A stretch of 64,000 nt of DNA from Nanobdellota archaeon (GCA_013329055.1 DUKY01000020.1:54989-118988), one strand, 5' to 3'; positions 1-9,144 are shown, numbered from the stretch's first letter. A program made the numbers and translations. Notes: generated by a model from the sequence alone, not told the origin.

Positions 1-1
1 A

Positions 2-232
2 ATGTTTTTTAAGATTAGAAAAATAATTAATTCTGCTGAATATTATCCGGAGAGTGCTAAAAAAGATGCAGAGAAATTGTTTACTTCATTTTTTAAGATG
101 ATGATTAGCATGGGTTCTGATGATGAAAAAAGGGGTAGTGAAGGAGATTTTTCTGACGATAAAATAGATGAAGAGAGTAACGAGCCTTGGAAAGAAAAGG
201 AATCTGTTACCGGTGAATCTATAAGAAATTAA
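2..232 (+). CDS. hypothetical protein, C-terminal fragment (5' end outside the window), acidic tail
   Basis: The ORF is open to the window edge. No recognisable motif. Confidence 0.3.
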   Translation: MFFKIRKIINSAEYYPESAKKDAEKLFTSFFKMMISMGSDDEKRGSEGDFSDDKIDEESNEPWKEKESVTGESIRN

Positions 233-271
233 TATGAAAGATTTTATATATTATAGTTAATTAAATTAATT

Positions 272-415
272 ATGTATATTATTGGTTTGGCATTATTAAC
301 TTTTATTGTTACATTAATTTTAACTTTAATTGTGTTAGAACTTTTTGAAGAAAAGTTTGCTTCTAGATTTATTTTAAATAAAAGGAACCCCTTGGTTCCT
401 TCAGAAAATTTGTAG
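272..415 (+). CDS. small (47 aa) single-TM protein, below the ORF-track cutoff
   Basis: I translated it by hand as MYIIGLALLTFIVTLILTLIVLELFEEKFASRFILNKRNPLVPSENL. A TATA-like ttttatatatt lies about 25 nt upstream. The last ~11 codons run into the repeat that starts at 383. Confidence 0.3.
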   Translation: MYIIGLALLTFIVTLILTLIVLELFEEKFASRFILNKRNPLVPSENL

Positions 416-675
416 AATTAAATTTTCTGGAACTTCAAAAGGCGATACTTTTGAAGTCTTTAACCCTCTCGAAGCATTGAAGGGTGATATCTTTTAAGTC
501 TAAAATTGTTTTTAAGATTTAACTATTCCCCTGAATTTTTTTACTTGAATTTTAATGCCCCACTCTCCCCAAATTATTATAAATAATAATTTGCCTTTTA
601 GTTGTTAAATCTTAATTATTAAAAACAATTTTTGAATTTTCTTGAAGTTTTAGAAAATTTGTAGAATTAATTATT
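383..675. repeat. composite intergenic hairpin-repeat block (gaacc/ggttc hairpin, two short hairpins, and a family-A element at 502-632)
   Basis: The arms aaaattgtttttaagatttaac (502-523) and gttaaatcttaattattaaaaacaatttt (604-632) are complementary. The inner hairpin is caaattattat-aaa-taataatttg. A 19-nt direct repeat agaaaatttgtagaattaa occurs at 403-421 and 652-670. The same modules recur at 4.6, 7.7-8.3, 12.2, 31.7-32.0 and 36.2-36.8 kb. Confidence 0.85.
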
Positions 676-679
676 TTTA

Positions 680-1282
680 TTATTCTTTTCGTTTATAACT
701 GATTATTGTAAGTCCATTGTTTTGTTGAACTTCCATGCTTAGTGGATCATAAGTTTTTATTAAATCAGGGAAATAAAATTCGTTACTAAACAATTGGTCA
801 ATTCCTTTTCTTTGAGGCACTACTTCTGATTCAAAAATATCGCCTTTTGTTGATAGGACTAAATATGCTTGGTTCCCTTTATAACTTATAGGAGTATAAA
901 AAATACGTGAATTTTTTTCATCTCTTCCGCCTTGGGTAAAATTTTTGTTTAAAAATTTGATTCCTCTAAATTGAAGAATTAAATTAAAATTTTCTTTGTT
1001 GTCAGAATCATAAATATCTGTTATGCATTCTATTTTTGGTTCATATTGAATTTTTGGTGCAGTAGTTTTTTTAGGTTTAGGTTTTTGATATTGATGTTGG
1101 GAAATATCCCATGAATCTTCATCATCTTTTTTTATTTTTCCTACTCCAAATCCTTGTCTTCTTTCTGAACTTTGTCTTCCTAGTGAGATATGTGTTAGAT
1201 TATTATCAAGCAATTTTCCAAGTAATTTATTTTTTCTTCTTCCTGTTGAGGTGATAGGGGGAATACTTCTAATATGTGACAT
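680..1282 (-). CDS. hypothetical protein
   Basis: 200-aa ORF with no recognisable motif. Confidence 0.5.
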   Translation of the reverse strand: MSHIRSIPPITSTGRRKNKLLGKLLDNNLTHISLGRQSSERRQGFGVGKIKKDDEDSWDISQHQYQKPKPKKTTAPKIQYEPKIECITDIYDSDNKENFNLILQFRGIKFLNKNFTQGGRDEKNSRIFYTPISYKGNQAYLVLSTKGDIFESEVVPQRKGIDQLFSNEFYFPDLIKTYDPLSMEVQQNNGLTIISYKRKE

Positions 1283-1481
1283 TTTGGTTTTTTAATATTT
1301 TTAATTATATTTTTCATAGAATAATTTGATTTATAAAACTTTATAAAAGACATCCGTTGGTTTCCTTTCAGAAAATTTTTTGAATGTTTTGTTCAAATCT
1401 TATTTTTTATTGGCAAATCAAAAATTTTGGTATCGCTTTAATTAAACTATCCTGTTGATGTTTTACAAGCGATTAATAGAA

Positions 1482-2153
1482 TTACTTTTTTACCCCAAAA
1501 GCATGACCAACGTCAACGTTCCAGTAGCCATCGACACGAAGCCTTCTGCCTCCGAAACTCCAGTAATCGTACAAGGCAGATATTCTGGTAATCTCAGTAA
1601 GATTAGAATCAACAAATTCAAGACTCCGAACTTTTGGATTTCTTTTGTATTTTGAAGCTAAATAAGCGATTTTATCTGCTCCAACTTCTCCATATCTTGC
1701 AATAATGTAAGGATTCTTAGCTAATGCATAAGTTGATTGTTCACCAACTGCATAGCCAAAAGGAACAAATTTTACACTTGGATCGTTTTTCTTTAGTCTT
1801 TCAGTCAAAGCTTTTCTATCCATTACTAATCTTCCGTTTTTTATTGTAGGATTAGCTTCAACAATGACTCCATTGTGAACTTCTTTTCCTGCATGTTTAG
1901 GGAGATATAAGTTTCCGTTAAATTCCACTAACCAAAAATCATTTAAAATTTTTAGAATTTCAGCTTCAAATTCTCCTTTTGGATTTTGTAAAGCATCGTA
2001 AACTAATGAAGCTGTTTGAGCTGAAGTTGGTCTTTGTAACCCATCTGCGTCTATTTGCTGAGCAAGACTTCCATAAGTTCCTATAAATGAAGGATGCTGA
2101 AAAGTAATTTTTCCTTTTTCATGAGGGATTCTAGTTTCATGTATTGCTTCCAT
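1482..2153 (-). CDS. hypothetical protein
   Basis: 223-aa ORF with non-low-complexity composition. The antisense ORF 1455..1655 is judged spurious. Confidence 0.6.
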   Translation of the reverse strand: MEAIHETRIPHEKGKITFQHPSFIGTYGSLAQQIDADGLQRPTSAQTASLVYDALQNPKGEFEAEILKILNDFWLVEFNGNLYLPKHAGKEVHNGVIVEANPTIKNGRLVMDRKALTERLKKNDPSVKFVPFGYAVGEQSTYALAKNPYIIARYGEVGADKIAYLASKYKRNPKVRSLEFVDSNLTEITRISALYDYWSFGGRRLRVDGYWNVDVGHAFGVKK

Positions 2154-2276
2154 GTTTTTTTCACAAATTTAAACTTTATAAAACTTTCTATATTGTTACT
2201 ACTAAATAATTAATTATAATTCTTCTTTATTTGTTCTATTTTCTCAAATTGTCGTCTATAATATAAGATATAAAAA

Positions 2277-2316
2277 TTAAAAAAGAAATAATGCCGTGTA
2301 AAGAATCTCACACGGC
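2277..2316 (-). terminator. intrinsic-terminator-like hairpin followed by a T-rich run, downstream of the 2335..2814 gene
   Basis: A GC-rich 7-bp stem pairs gccgtgt (2293-2299) with acacggc (2310-2316). On the minus strand it is followed by attatttctttttt, just downstream of the stop codon at 2335. Confidence 0.45.
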
Positions 2317-2334
2317 GTTAAATTAAAAATAAAA

Positions 2335-2814
2335 TTAAAGTTTAAGCCTTTTCTTTCTATCTTTGAAAGCTACAAATCCTATTGCTGTCAAATATAATAC
2401 TAATCCAATTTTTGGGATAATCATTGATAGACTAAACCATCCCGGATATTTTCTTTTTTCAAATACTCTCCAATAAGAGATTATTAGTAATACAAAAAGA
2501 GCAATCCAACCAACAATTGGTAATAGATATAAGAAAACCCATGCCCAATGAAAACCTCCTAGTTGCAATCTTAATGCTGTACTTGCAAAAGGTATCCATG
2601 ATAACCAAGGATGTTTATGTTTTAATTTTCGGGCAATAACCATCCATGAGAATGAATGGTAAACATATAGGCTTATTAATAAAAATATTATTGTGATGAT
2701 TCCTAAAGCTATTAATCCTCCGATTATCCCGCCAATCATAATATCTGTTAGGGGGTTATCAATTATAACTTGTGTATTATCAGCAATAACTTTTCCTACT
2801 ATTTCAAATGCCAT
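2335..2814 (-). CDS. integral membrane protein (about 4 TM segments)
   Basis: Several long hydrophobic stretches, for example IIGGLIALGIITIIFLLISLYVY and WVFLYLLPIVGWIALFVLLII. Confidence 0.6.
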   Translation of the reverse strand: MAFEIVGKVIADNTQVIIDNPLTDIMIGGIIGGLIALGIITIIFLLISLYVYHSFSWMVIARKLKHKHPWLSWIPFASTALRLQLGGFHWAWVFLYLLPIVGWIALFVLLIISYWRVFEKRKYPGWFSLSMIIPKIGLVLYLTAIGFVAFKDRKKRLKL

Positions 2815-2904
2815 TAATTATCAAACCTCCTTTCATAATTATAATATGTTTTTAGGGTTTATAAGAATTAAGTTTAACCTATTAGCTTTGAATTTTAATA
2901 AAAA

Positions 2905-4554
2905 TTAATTTTTTGCAATTCTTATTGCTACAATTACAATAACAATAACCAGGATTATATTAAGTAAGATAATTGCCCATAATACCCAGTTTATTTTGCC
3001 AGTAATTGATTTCATTTGATCAACAAATCCTTTATCAGCTTCTTTAATTAAAACTGATACTGGTTGTTGTGAAATTAATTGGTTATTTGATAAAATTTCA
3101 AGATTAAACATTTGATCTCCAAATGCTTCTTTGTTTACATCGAATGTTATTAATACTTCTTTAACTTCGCCTTTATTTAATGTGAATGTATTTTGATCTA
3201 TGCTTGCACTTGATGCCCATGCAGTATATCCTGCTGTATTTAATGTATATGTTGTTGATTCTTCACCAGTATTTGCAATTATTGCTTTAATTATTAATTC
3301 TTCTCCTGCTTTTCCATCAGATACTAAACTTGCTGAAACTGTTACTTTTGCATCTGCTTTACAAACTCCAGTTACTTCAATATTTGTGCTGAATTCTGCT
3401 TCGTCATCTCCAAAATTATTTTGATAAACATCTTGGTCTTCATCATAAACAAACATTGTAATTTGATAAGTTTTTTGTTCCATTTCTTTAGTTGTTTCTA
3501 ATGTTACTTCAATTTTTTCAGAATCAAATGCGTCAATACTTCCAACAATTACTTCTTGTGCAATTCCTAATTCTTTATTATAGAAATATACTGATACATC
3601 ATCCTGGTCTTCATCACCAATGTTCCATACTTCTGCGATAATTGTGATTTTCTCGTCACATAACATTGTTTCTGGTGCTTGAATATTGTAAAGGATTACA
3701 AAATTTTCTTCAATTACGATTTCAATATCTTCTTGAGTTGTGTAAGTACATGTATCATCATTATCAAATTCTGCGTCTTCTGCATTTGCCCAAAGGTATA
3801 ATACATATTCTCCTTCTTCTAATTCGTCAATATTGTCATCTAATTTGATTGTTACTATTACTGTTTCTTCATCGCCGTCTTTAAGTTTAAATTTGCTTTC
3901 ATCTCCGTCAACATACCATTCATTTGTTGCTTTATTATATAATCCCCATGATAATTTAATGTCTCTGATATCATCATTTCCGTTGTTTTCAATTTGAACT
4001 TCTACTTGAATTTCATCCATTGGCAACCATTCAGTGTCTTCTCCAAATCCTTTTACTGTTATGTCGTCAATTTTAACTTTTAGGTTATTTCCTAAGTTTG
4101 TTTTTGCAATACAACTTGTAATTTCTTCAGGTTGAATTGGGTTTGTTACTGTTAATGTGATTGGTAAAGTATCAGTTACTGTTAGATTTGTGTTAGAATT
4201 ATTTGCTGTTACTATTAAAGTACCTGTATAATTTTGTGCTGTTGTTCCTTCCGGAACATTGATGGTTAATGTTATTAGTGAACTTTTATTTGTTTGATCT
4301 AATGAAGTAATTGTTCCATTAATATTATTTGATGTTAATGAACCTAATGATAATGGTGTGTTAAATGAGATATTTGTTAAATCTCCTTCATTAGTTTCAT
4401 TTAATTTGAATGTAACTGTTGCAGTGTTTCCTGAAACAATAGATTGTGTTGCACCTGTTACATCTGTAAATTCAATTGATGCAGATGTGAAACTTATACA
4501 TAGAATTAATACTAAGATGCTTGCACTTACAAAATTTAAGATTTTGTTATTCAT
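2905..4554 (-). CDS. secreted surface protein with CARDB/Ig-like repeats and a C-terminal TM anchor
   Basis: It has an N-terminal signal-like segment (ILNFVSASILVLILCISFTSA). It has T/N-rich beta-type regions and CARDB-like segments (VWNIGDEDQDDVSVYFYN, VQIENNGNDDIRDIKLSW). The C-terminal helix is WVLWAIILLNIILVIVIVIVAI. Confidence 0.7.
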   Translation of the reverse strand: MNNKILNFVSASILVLILCISFTSASIEFTDVTGATQSIVSGNTATVTFKLNETNEGDLTNISFNTPLSLGSLTSNNINGTITSLDQTNKSSLITLTINVPEGTTAQNYTGTLIVTANNSNTNLTVTDTLPITLTVTNPIQPEEITSCIAKTNLGNNLKVKIDDITVKGFGEDTEWLPMDEIQVEVQIENNGNDDIRDIKLSWGLYNKATNEWYVDGDESKFKLKDGDEETVIVTIKLDDNIDELEEGEYVLYLWANAEDAEFDNDDTCTYTTQEDIEIVIEENFVILYNIQAPETMLCDEKITIIAEVWNIGDEDQDDVSVYFYNKELGIAQEVIVGSIDAFDSEKIEVTLETTKEMEQKTYQITMFVYDEDQDVYQNNFGDDEAEFSTNIEVTGVCKADAKVTVSASLVSDGKAGEELIIKAIIANTGEESTTYTLNTAGYTAWASSASIDQNTFTLNKGEVKEVLITFDVNKEAFGDQMFNLEILSNNQLISQQPVSVLIKEADKGFVDQMKSITGKINWVLWAIILLNIILVIVIVIVAIRIAKN

Positions 4555-4612
4555 TATGTCATTCTGTAATTACAACGATTTATAAACATTTCGGTTTGAT
4601 GAAATGGAGATT

Positions 4613-4766
4613 AAAATGAACCCTTGGTTTCTTTTTGAAAAAGTGTTTTAAAGATTTTAACAAATCCCCTTTTTAATCTTGAATTTTTCCCACATCCCCC
4701 AAATTATTACTAAAGTAATAATTTGCCTTTAAGCAGTTAAAATCTTAATTATTAAAAACAATTTTT
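4613..4766. repeat. A-run/gaacc-ggttc hairpin/T-run followed by a family-A hairpin element
   Basis: The hairpin is aaaatgaacccttggtttcttttt. The arms are gaaaaagtgttttaaagattttaac and gttaaaatcttaattattaaaaacaattttt. The inner hairpin is caaattattac-taaa-gtaataatttg. Confidence 0.8.
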
Positions 4767-4859
4767 GAAACTTGAATGGTTAATCCTATTCCTATTATTA
4801 ATATGTAAAATTAATTTGTTATTTCTTTTATTCCTTTCTTTTAATCTAAATATAAAAAA

Positions 4860-4869
4860 CTTTAAATAT
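4860..4869 (+). promoter_or_regulatory. TATA-box-like element upstream of the MNT/HEPN pair
   Basis: ctttaaatat lies about 20 nt upstream of the ATG at 4883. The same A/T-box spacing recurs at many genes in this window. Confidence 0.4.
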
Positions 4870-4882
4870 CTATGGTTCATAA

Positions 4883-5449
4883 ATGAAACATATGGTTCAA
4901 AATAAAAACATAGAATTTGAAATAGTATTAATGTTAATTAATCGGAAGTCTCATTTAAGAGAAATTGCAAGATTAATTAATGAACCTCATTCAACAGTTT
5001 TAAGAAAAATTAATCAACTTGTCAAAGATTCTATTCTTGATTATAAAACTGAAGGAAAAAATAAAAGCTTTTTTATTAAAAGAAATATTAAAGCTAGAAA
5101 TTATGTTCATCTCTCTGAAATCTATAAATTAAATAAGTTATTAGATAAGTCTCCTCAAATGTCAATCATCTTAGAGGATGTTAAGAATAATTTTTCTAAA
5201 GGAATGATAATTTTGTTTGGAAGTTATGCTAAAGGGAATGAAACAAAGAATAGCGATATTGATATTTACTTAGAGACCAATGATAATAAAATTAAAAATA
5301 AAATAAAGGAATTAAATTCAAAATTAAGTATTAAGATTGGGGAATTTGATTTGAATTCATTATTAATCAAAGAAATTATTAAAAATCATGTTATTATTAG
5401 AGGTGTAGAGGATTATTATGAAAAAAATAAAATTTTTGAAACATCTTAA
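4883..5449 (+). CDS. minimal nucleotidyltransferase (MNT-type antitoxin-like) with an N-terminal wHTH
   Basis: GSYAKGNETKNSDIDIYL matches the GS-x9-11-DxD pol-beta-type NTase motif. The N-terminus is wHTH-like (LREIARLINEPHSTVLRKINQLV). The gene overlaps the downstream HEPN gene by 32 nt. Confidence 0.75.
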   Translation: MKHMVQNKNIEFEIVLMLINRKSHLREIARLINEPHSTVLRKINQLVKDSILDYKTEGKNKSFFIKRNIKARNYVHLSEIYKLNKLLDKSPQMSIILEDVKNNFSKGMIILFGSYAKGNETKNSDIDIYLETNDNKIKNKIKELNSKLSIKIGEFDLNSLLIKEIIKNHVIIRGVEDYYEKNKIFETS

Positions 5450-5909
5450 CAAATCAGAAAAATTAAAGATTGTTGAGGTTTCTGAAAGTATGAAAGATTC
5501 TTATTTAGAAAAAGCAAAAAATTGTTTGAAAGCTTCAAAAATTCTTTTGAAAAATGAGCTTTATGAAAATTCTGTCTCCGAGAGTTATTATTGTATTTAT
5601 AATTCATTACTTGCTTTATTATTTAAAATTGGAATTAAATGTGAAAATCATTCTGCATCAATTATTATTTTTGAAAAATTATTTGCAGATAATGAATTGG
5701 TTAAAATCCTTTTATGGGCAAAAGAAGAAAGAATTGATAAACAATATTATGTTGAGACTCAACAGGTAATAAAAGTTACAAAAAAGTCATGTGAAGAGAT
5801 GATTGAAAAAGCAGAAGATATTTTATTAAAATTAAGAGTTATAATTGATGGATTAAATAATGAGAAAGTAAATCAGATCCGAAATTCTTTTGAGAAATTG
5901 TTAAATTAA
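5418..5909 (+). CDS. HEPN-domain protein (partner of the MNT)
   Basis: It is all-helical, with SESYYCIYNSLLALLFKIGIKCENH and EERIDKQYY, as in PF05168-type HEPN. It overlaps the MNT gene. I did not see a canonical Rx4-6H motif. Confidence 0.65.
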   Translation: MKKIKFLKHLNKSEKLKIVEVSESMKDSYLEKAKNCLKASKILLKNELYENSVSESYYCIYNSLLALLFKIGIKCENHSASIIIFEKLFADNELVKILLWAKEERIDKQYYVETQQVIKVTKKSCEEMIEKAEDILLKLRVIIDGLNNEKVNQIRNSFEKLLN

Positions 5910-7609
5910 ACCTTCTTTTCAATCTCTTTTTTTATTTGAGAAATAAAATCTTCTATTTTTAATTGAACTATTTCCTTTTCGTCTCTTTTTTTGATTGCTA
6001 TAACTTTATTTTCCTGCTCTTTTTCTCCTATTGTTACTAAATAATTGAATCTTTGAATCTGTGCTTCTCGTGCTTTTTTTCCTATTGATTCATTTCTGTC
6101 ATCAAGTTCTACCATGAATCCTTGTTCAAATAATTTGTTGTATATCTCTTTTGCATATTCTTTAACTTCGTCATTCATTGTCATAATTTTAATTTGGTTT
6201 GGTGAAAGCCATAATGGGAATTTTCCATTTAAGTGTTCAGTTAGTATTCCTAGGAATCTTTCAATTGCTCCGTAAATTACCCTATGAAGCATTATTGGTC
6301 TTTTGATTTCTCCTTTTTCGTCGGTGTATTCCAGTTCAAATCTTTGTGGTAATGCCATGTCAAGTTGAATTGTTGAGCATTGCCATGTTCTATTTAATGA
6401 ATCTTTTAAATGGAAATCAATTTTTGGTCCATAAAATGCTCCGTCTCCTGCATTAATTTGATATTTTATTTTTTTCTTTTTTAGAATATTTTCTAATGCT
6501 TCTTCTGCTTTGTCCCATAATTTTTCGTCACCGATTCTTTTTTCCGGTCTTGTTGAAAGCTCTATATGGTCAAATTTTAAATTAAATGTATTGAAAATTT
6601 TATTGATTAATTCTATTATTTTTTCAACTTCATTTTCTAATTGTTTTTCTGTACAAAAAATGTGTGCATCATCTTGTGTAAATTGGATTACTCTAAATAA
6701 TCCTGATAGTGTTCCTGAAAGTTCTACTCTATGAACTATTCCTAATTCTCCTACTCGCATAGGTAAGTCTTTGTATGATTTTGGGGAAGTTTTGTAAACT
6801 AGCATTCCTCCTGGGCAATTCATTGGTTTAACTAAAAAGTCTCTATTTTCATAAATTGTTTTAAAATTGTTTTCAGAATATTTTGTCCAGTGTCCTGAAA
6901 TTTCCCAAAGTTTTCTGTCAAGTATTTGTGGTGTTGAAATTTCTGTGTAATCTTTTCTATGAAGTTCTCTCCAGAGTTCTATTAATTTATTTTTTAGATG
7001 CAGTCCTTTATGATGCCAGAAAACCATTCCAGGTGCTGTTTCATTAAAGCTCCAAAGGTCTAGTTTTCTTCCGATTATTCTATGGTCATTATCTTTTAAT
7101 TTTGATGTGTCTAATTTTGATTTTGAAATTTCTTTTAAGAGCCTTTTTCTTTCTTCTTCTGTGATGTCTTCTTCTTCGTGACCTTTAATTACTATTTCTC
7201 TTGAGAGTTCACTTAATGGGTGACCTTTGACTTTTAATTCAAATGTTTTGTAATATCCAAAAGGAGAATGTGATACATTATATTTTTCTTTTTGCAATTT
7301 TTTTTGTGATTCTTCTAAAATCTTTATTGCATTTGTTGGTTTTCCTAAATTATTTGATAAATGTGCATATGGATAAAGGACTATGTTTTTTGCTCCAACT
7401 TGTTCTGCGATTTTTTTTATTTCTTGAGTATATTTTTCAATTGCTTCAGGGATATTTGTGTCATTTTTTTCTATTGCTGTTAATATTACCAGTGCTTCTT
7501 TTACTTCGTGTTCTTTTAATTCTTCTTCGGATAAATCTTCAATTGATTTTAATGCTTTTTTTTGTGCTTGCCATTTAATATAATCAGTATGTAATGATAA
7601 AATCTTCAT
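5906..7609 (-). CDS. thrS: threonyl-tRNA synthetase, archaeal type with N-terminal editing-like domain
   Basis: Motifs present are HRVELSGTLSGLFRVIQFTQDDAHIFC, GDGAFYGPKIDFHL and RPIMLHRVIYGAIERF, and there is a C-terminal anticodon-binding region. Confidence 0.92.
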   Translation of the reverse strand: MKILSLHTDYIKWQAQKKALKSIEDLSEEELKEHEVKEALVILTAIEKNDTNIPEAIEKYTQEIKKIAEQVGAKNIVLYPYAHLSNNLGKPTNAIKILEESQKKLQKEKYNVSHSPFGYYKTFELKVKGHPLSELSREIVIKGHEEEDITEEERKRLLKEISKSKLDTSKLKDNDHRIIGRKLDLWSFNETAPGMVFWHHKGLHLKNKLIELWRELHRKDYTEISTPQILDRKLWEISGHWTKYSENNFKTIYENRDFLVKPMNCPGGMLVYKTSPKSYKDLPMRVGELGIVHRVELSGTLSGLFRVIQFTQDDAHIFCTEKQLENEVEKIIELINKIFNTFNLKFDHIELSTRPEKRIGDEKLWDKAEEALENILKKKKIKYQINAGDGAFYGPKIDFHLKDSLNRTWQCSTIQLDMALPQRFELEYTDEKGEIKRPIMLHRVIYGAIERFLGILTEHLNGKFPLWLSPNQIKIMTMNDEVKEYAKEIYNKLFEQGFMVELDDRNESIGKKAREAQIQRFNYLVTIGEKEQENKVIAIKKRDEKEIVQLKIEDFISQIKKEIEKKV

Positions 7610-7654
7610 ATGGTGCTTAAGCTTAAGAGGTTTTTAAAATTAATTGATAATTTT

Positions 7655-8300
7655 TTTTAAAAAGTGTGTTAAAGATTTTAACTATTCCCCTGAATTTTTT
7701 TGTTGAAAAAGTGTGTCAAAGATTTTAACAAATCCCCTTTTTAATCTTGAATTTTTCCCACATTCTCATAACCTCGCACGAAACTTTGTGGATTATTGTT
7801 TCTACCACGAAGTTATTCGCCCCAAAATCATTATTAATGATTTGCCTTTAAGCTATAGAGAATTATAAAATAATTCTCTAAAAAGTAAACTAAACCAACG
7901 TTAATTCAATTAGTTTACTTTGTTAAAATCTTATTATTAAACACACTTTTTTATTTTTTTACTTGAATTTAATGCCCCCCTTCTTCTCGTAACCTCGCAC
8001 GAAACTTTGTGGATGAAAAAAGCATACAAAGATTTTAACAAATCCCCTTTTTAATCTTGAATTTTTCCCACATCCCCCAAATCATTATTAAAATAATGAT
8101 TTGCCTTTAAGCAGTTAAAATCTTATTGTTGGTATGCTTTTTTTATTGTTTCTACCACGAAGTTATTCGCCCCCATTATTCCTAAAGTAATAATTTACCT
8201 TTAAGTTATATTAAAATCTTATTATTAAACACACTTTTTTATTTCTTTACTTGAATTTAATGCCTCCCCTTCTCGTAACCTCGCACGAAACTTTATTGAT
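7655..8300. repeat. about 650 bp block of nested family-A hairpin elements (at least three elements, one inside another)
   Basis: The outer arms are aaaaagtgtgtt... (7659) and ...aaacacactttttt (8240). An inner element has arms at 7706-7729 and 7921-7952. A third element (8015-8143) interrupts the module that is intact at 7781-7822. Confidence 0.85.
8015..8143. mobile_element. MITE-like hairpin element inserted into the loop of another repeat module
   Basis: The intact sequence is aaactttgtggat|tattgtttctaccacgaagttattcgcccc at 7781-7824. The same flanks occur at 8002-8014 and 8144-8170, separated by a ~129-bp element with complementary ends gaaaaaagcatac...gtatgctttttt. Confidence 0.7.
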
Positions 8301-8364
8301 ATAAAAGTATTTGAAAAATCTCAATTATTAATTACTCTTTTATTATAATTAATCTTATAAATAA

Positions 8365-9144
8365 ATGACTCTTGTATTTTTAATGGTAGAACCTAAAATC
8401 ATTGAATTAAAGGTTAATGGAAAATATTTAACTCTTGTTGGTTCTAATCATGGTAAATTTAGTGGTTCAAAATGCGGGGAATCAGATTTTTTAAAAAGAA
8501 AATATTTTTATGAAGGGTTGATTGATGAATCTGATATTGTTGTTTTAGAACAACCTGTTGGAGGGGAGTTTTATGAAGATATTTCTTTTTTTGCAAAGTT
8601 AGGTTTGATTGCATATGATTCTAATAAAGAAGTTTATGTTATTGATCCAAATAATGTTCCAGCAAATAATCTTCAAAAATTTTTATGTGAACATTTTGAA
8701 AAAGATGGAAAATTACCCTTAGAAATACATGAAGGTTTTACCGGTAAGATTTCATATGAAAGATACAAAAAAGATCATCCTTTTGAAGGGTATATTGATT
8801 ATTTAAATAATATCGGAGAATTTTATTTTAAAATTGCTCATGGTATCAATGATTGGAGAAATGTTGTTATTGCTAAAGGATTAGTTGAAAAAATATCTCA
8901 ACTTTCTGTAGAGAATATTGTTGCTATTCATGGTGCACAGCATACTCGACCTATTGCGTTTTATATTAATAATCCTGAATTAAGACAACAAAAATTTGAG
9001 GGATATAAACGTTTTAATGAAGTTGGTAGGCAAGGGATAAAAAAGTTTACTCCTGTTTTTGATATTAACAATATGGATAAATGTATCTGGAAAAGAGAAT
9101 TAATTTTGCCTGATGCTCATACCATTGTTGTTAAGAGGATTTAA
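8365..9144 (+). CDS. hypothetical protein, possibly TraB/GumN-like
   Basis: The N-terminal LTLVGSNHG and C-terminal VAIHGAQHTRPI resemble the two GxxH motifs of the TraB/PrgY/GumN family. The resemblance is weak and judged by eye only. Confidence 0.35.
   Translation: MTLVFLMVEPKIIELKVNGKYLTLVGSNHGKFSGSKCGESDFLKRKYFYEGLIDESDIVVLEQPVGGEFYEDISFFAKLGLIAYDSNKEVYVIDPNNVPANNLQKFLCEHFEKDGKLPLEIHEGFTGKISYERYKKDHPFEGYIDYLNNIGEFYFKIAHGINDWRNVVIAKGLVEKISQLSVENIVAIHGAQHTRPIAFYINNPELRQQKFEGYKRFNEVGRQGIKKFTPVFDINNMDKCIWKRELILPDAHTIVVKRI

Noticed and set aside
1455-1655. 66-aa plus-strand ORF overlapping the 3' end of 1482..2153
   Set aside because: It is fully overlapped by a longer ORF of more protein-like composition and has no independent signal.
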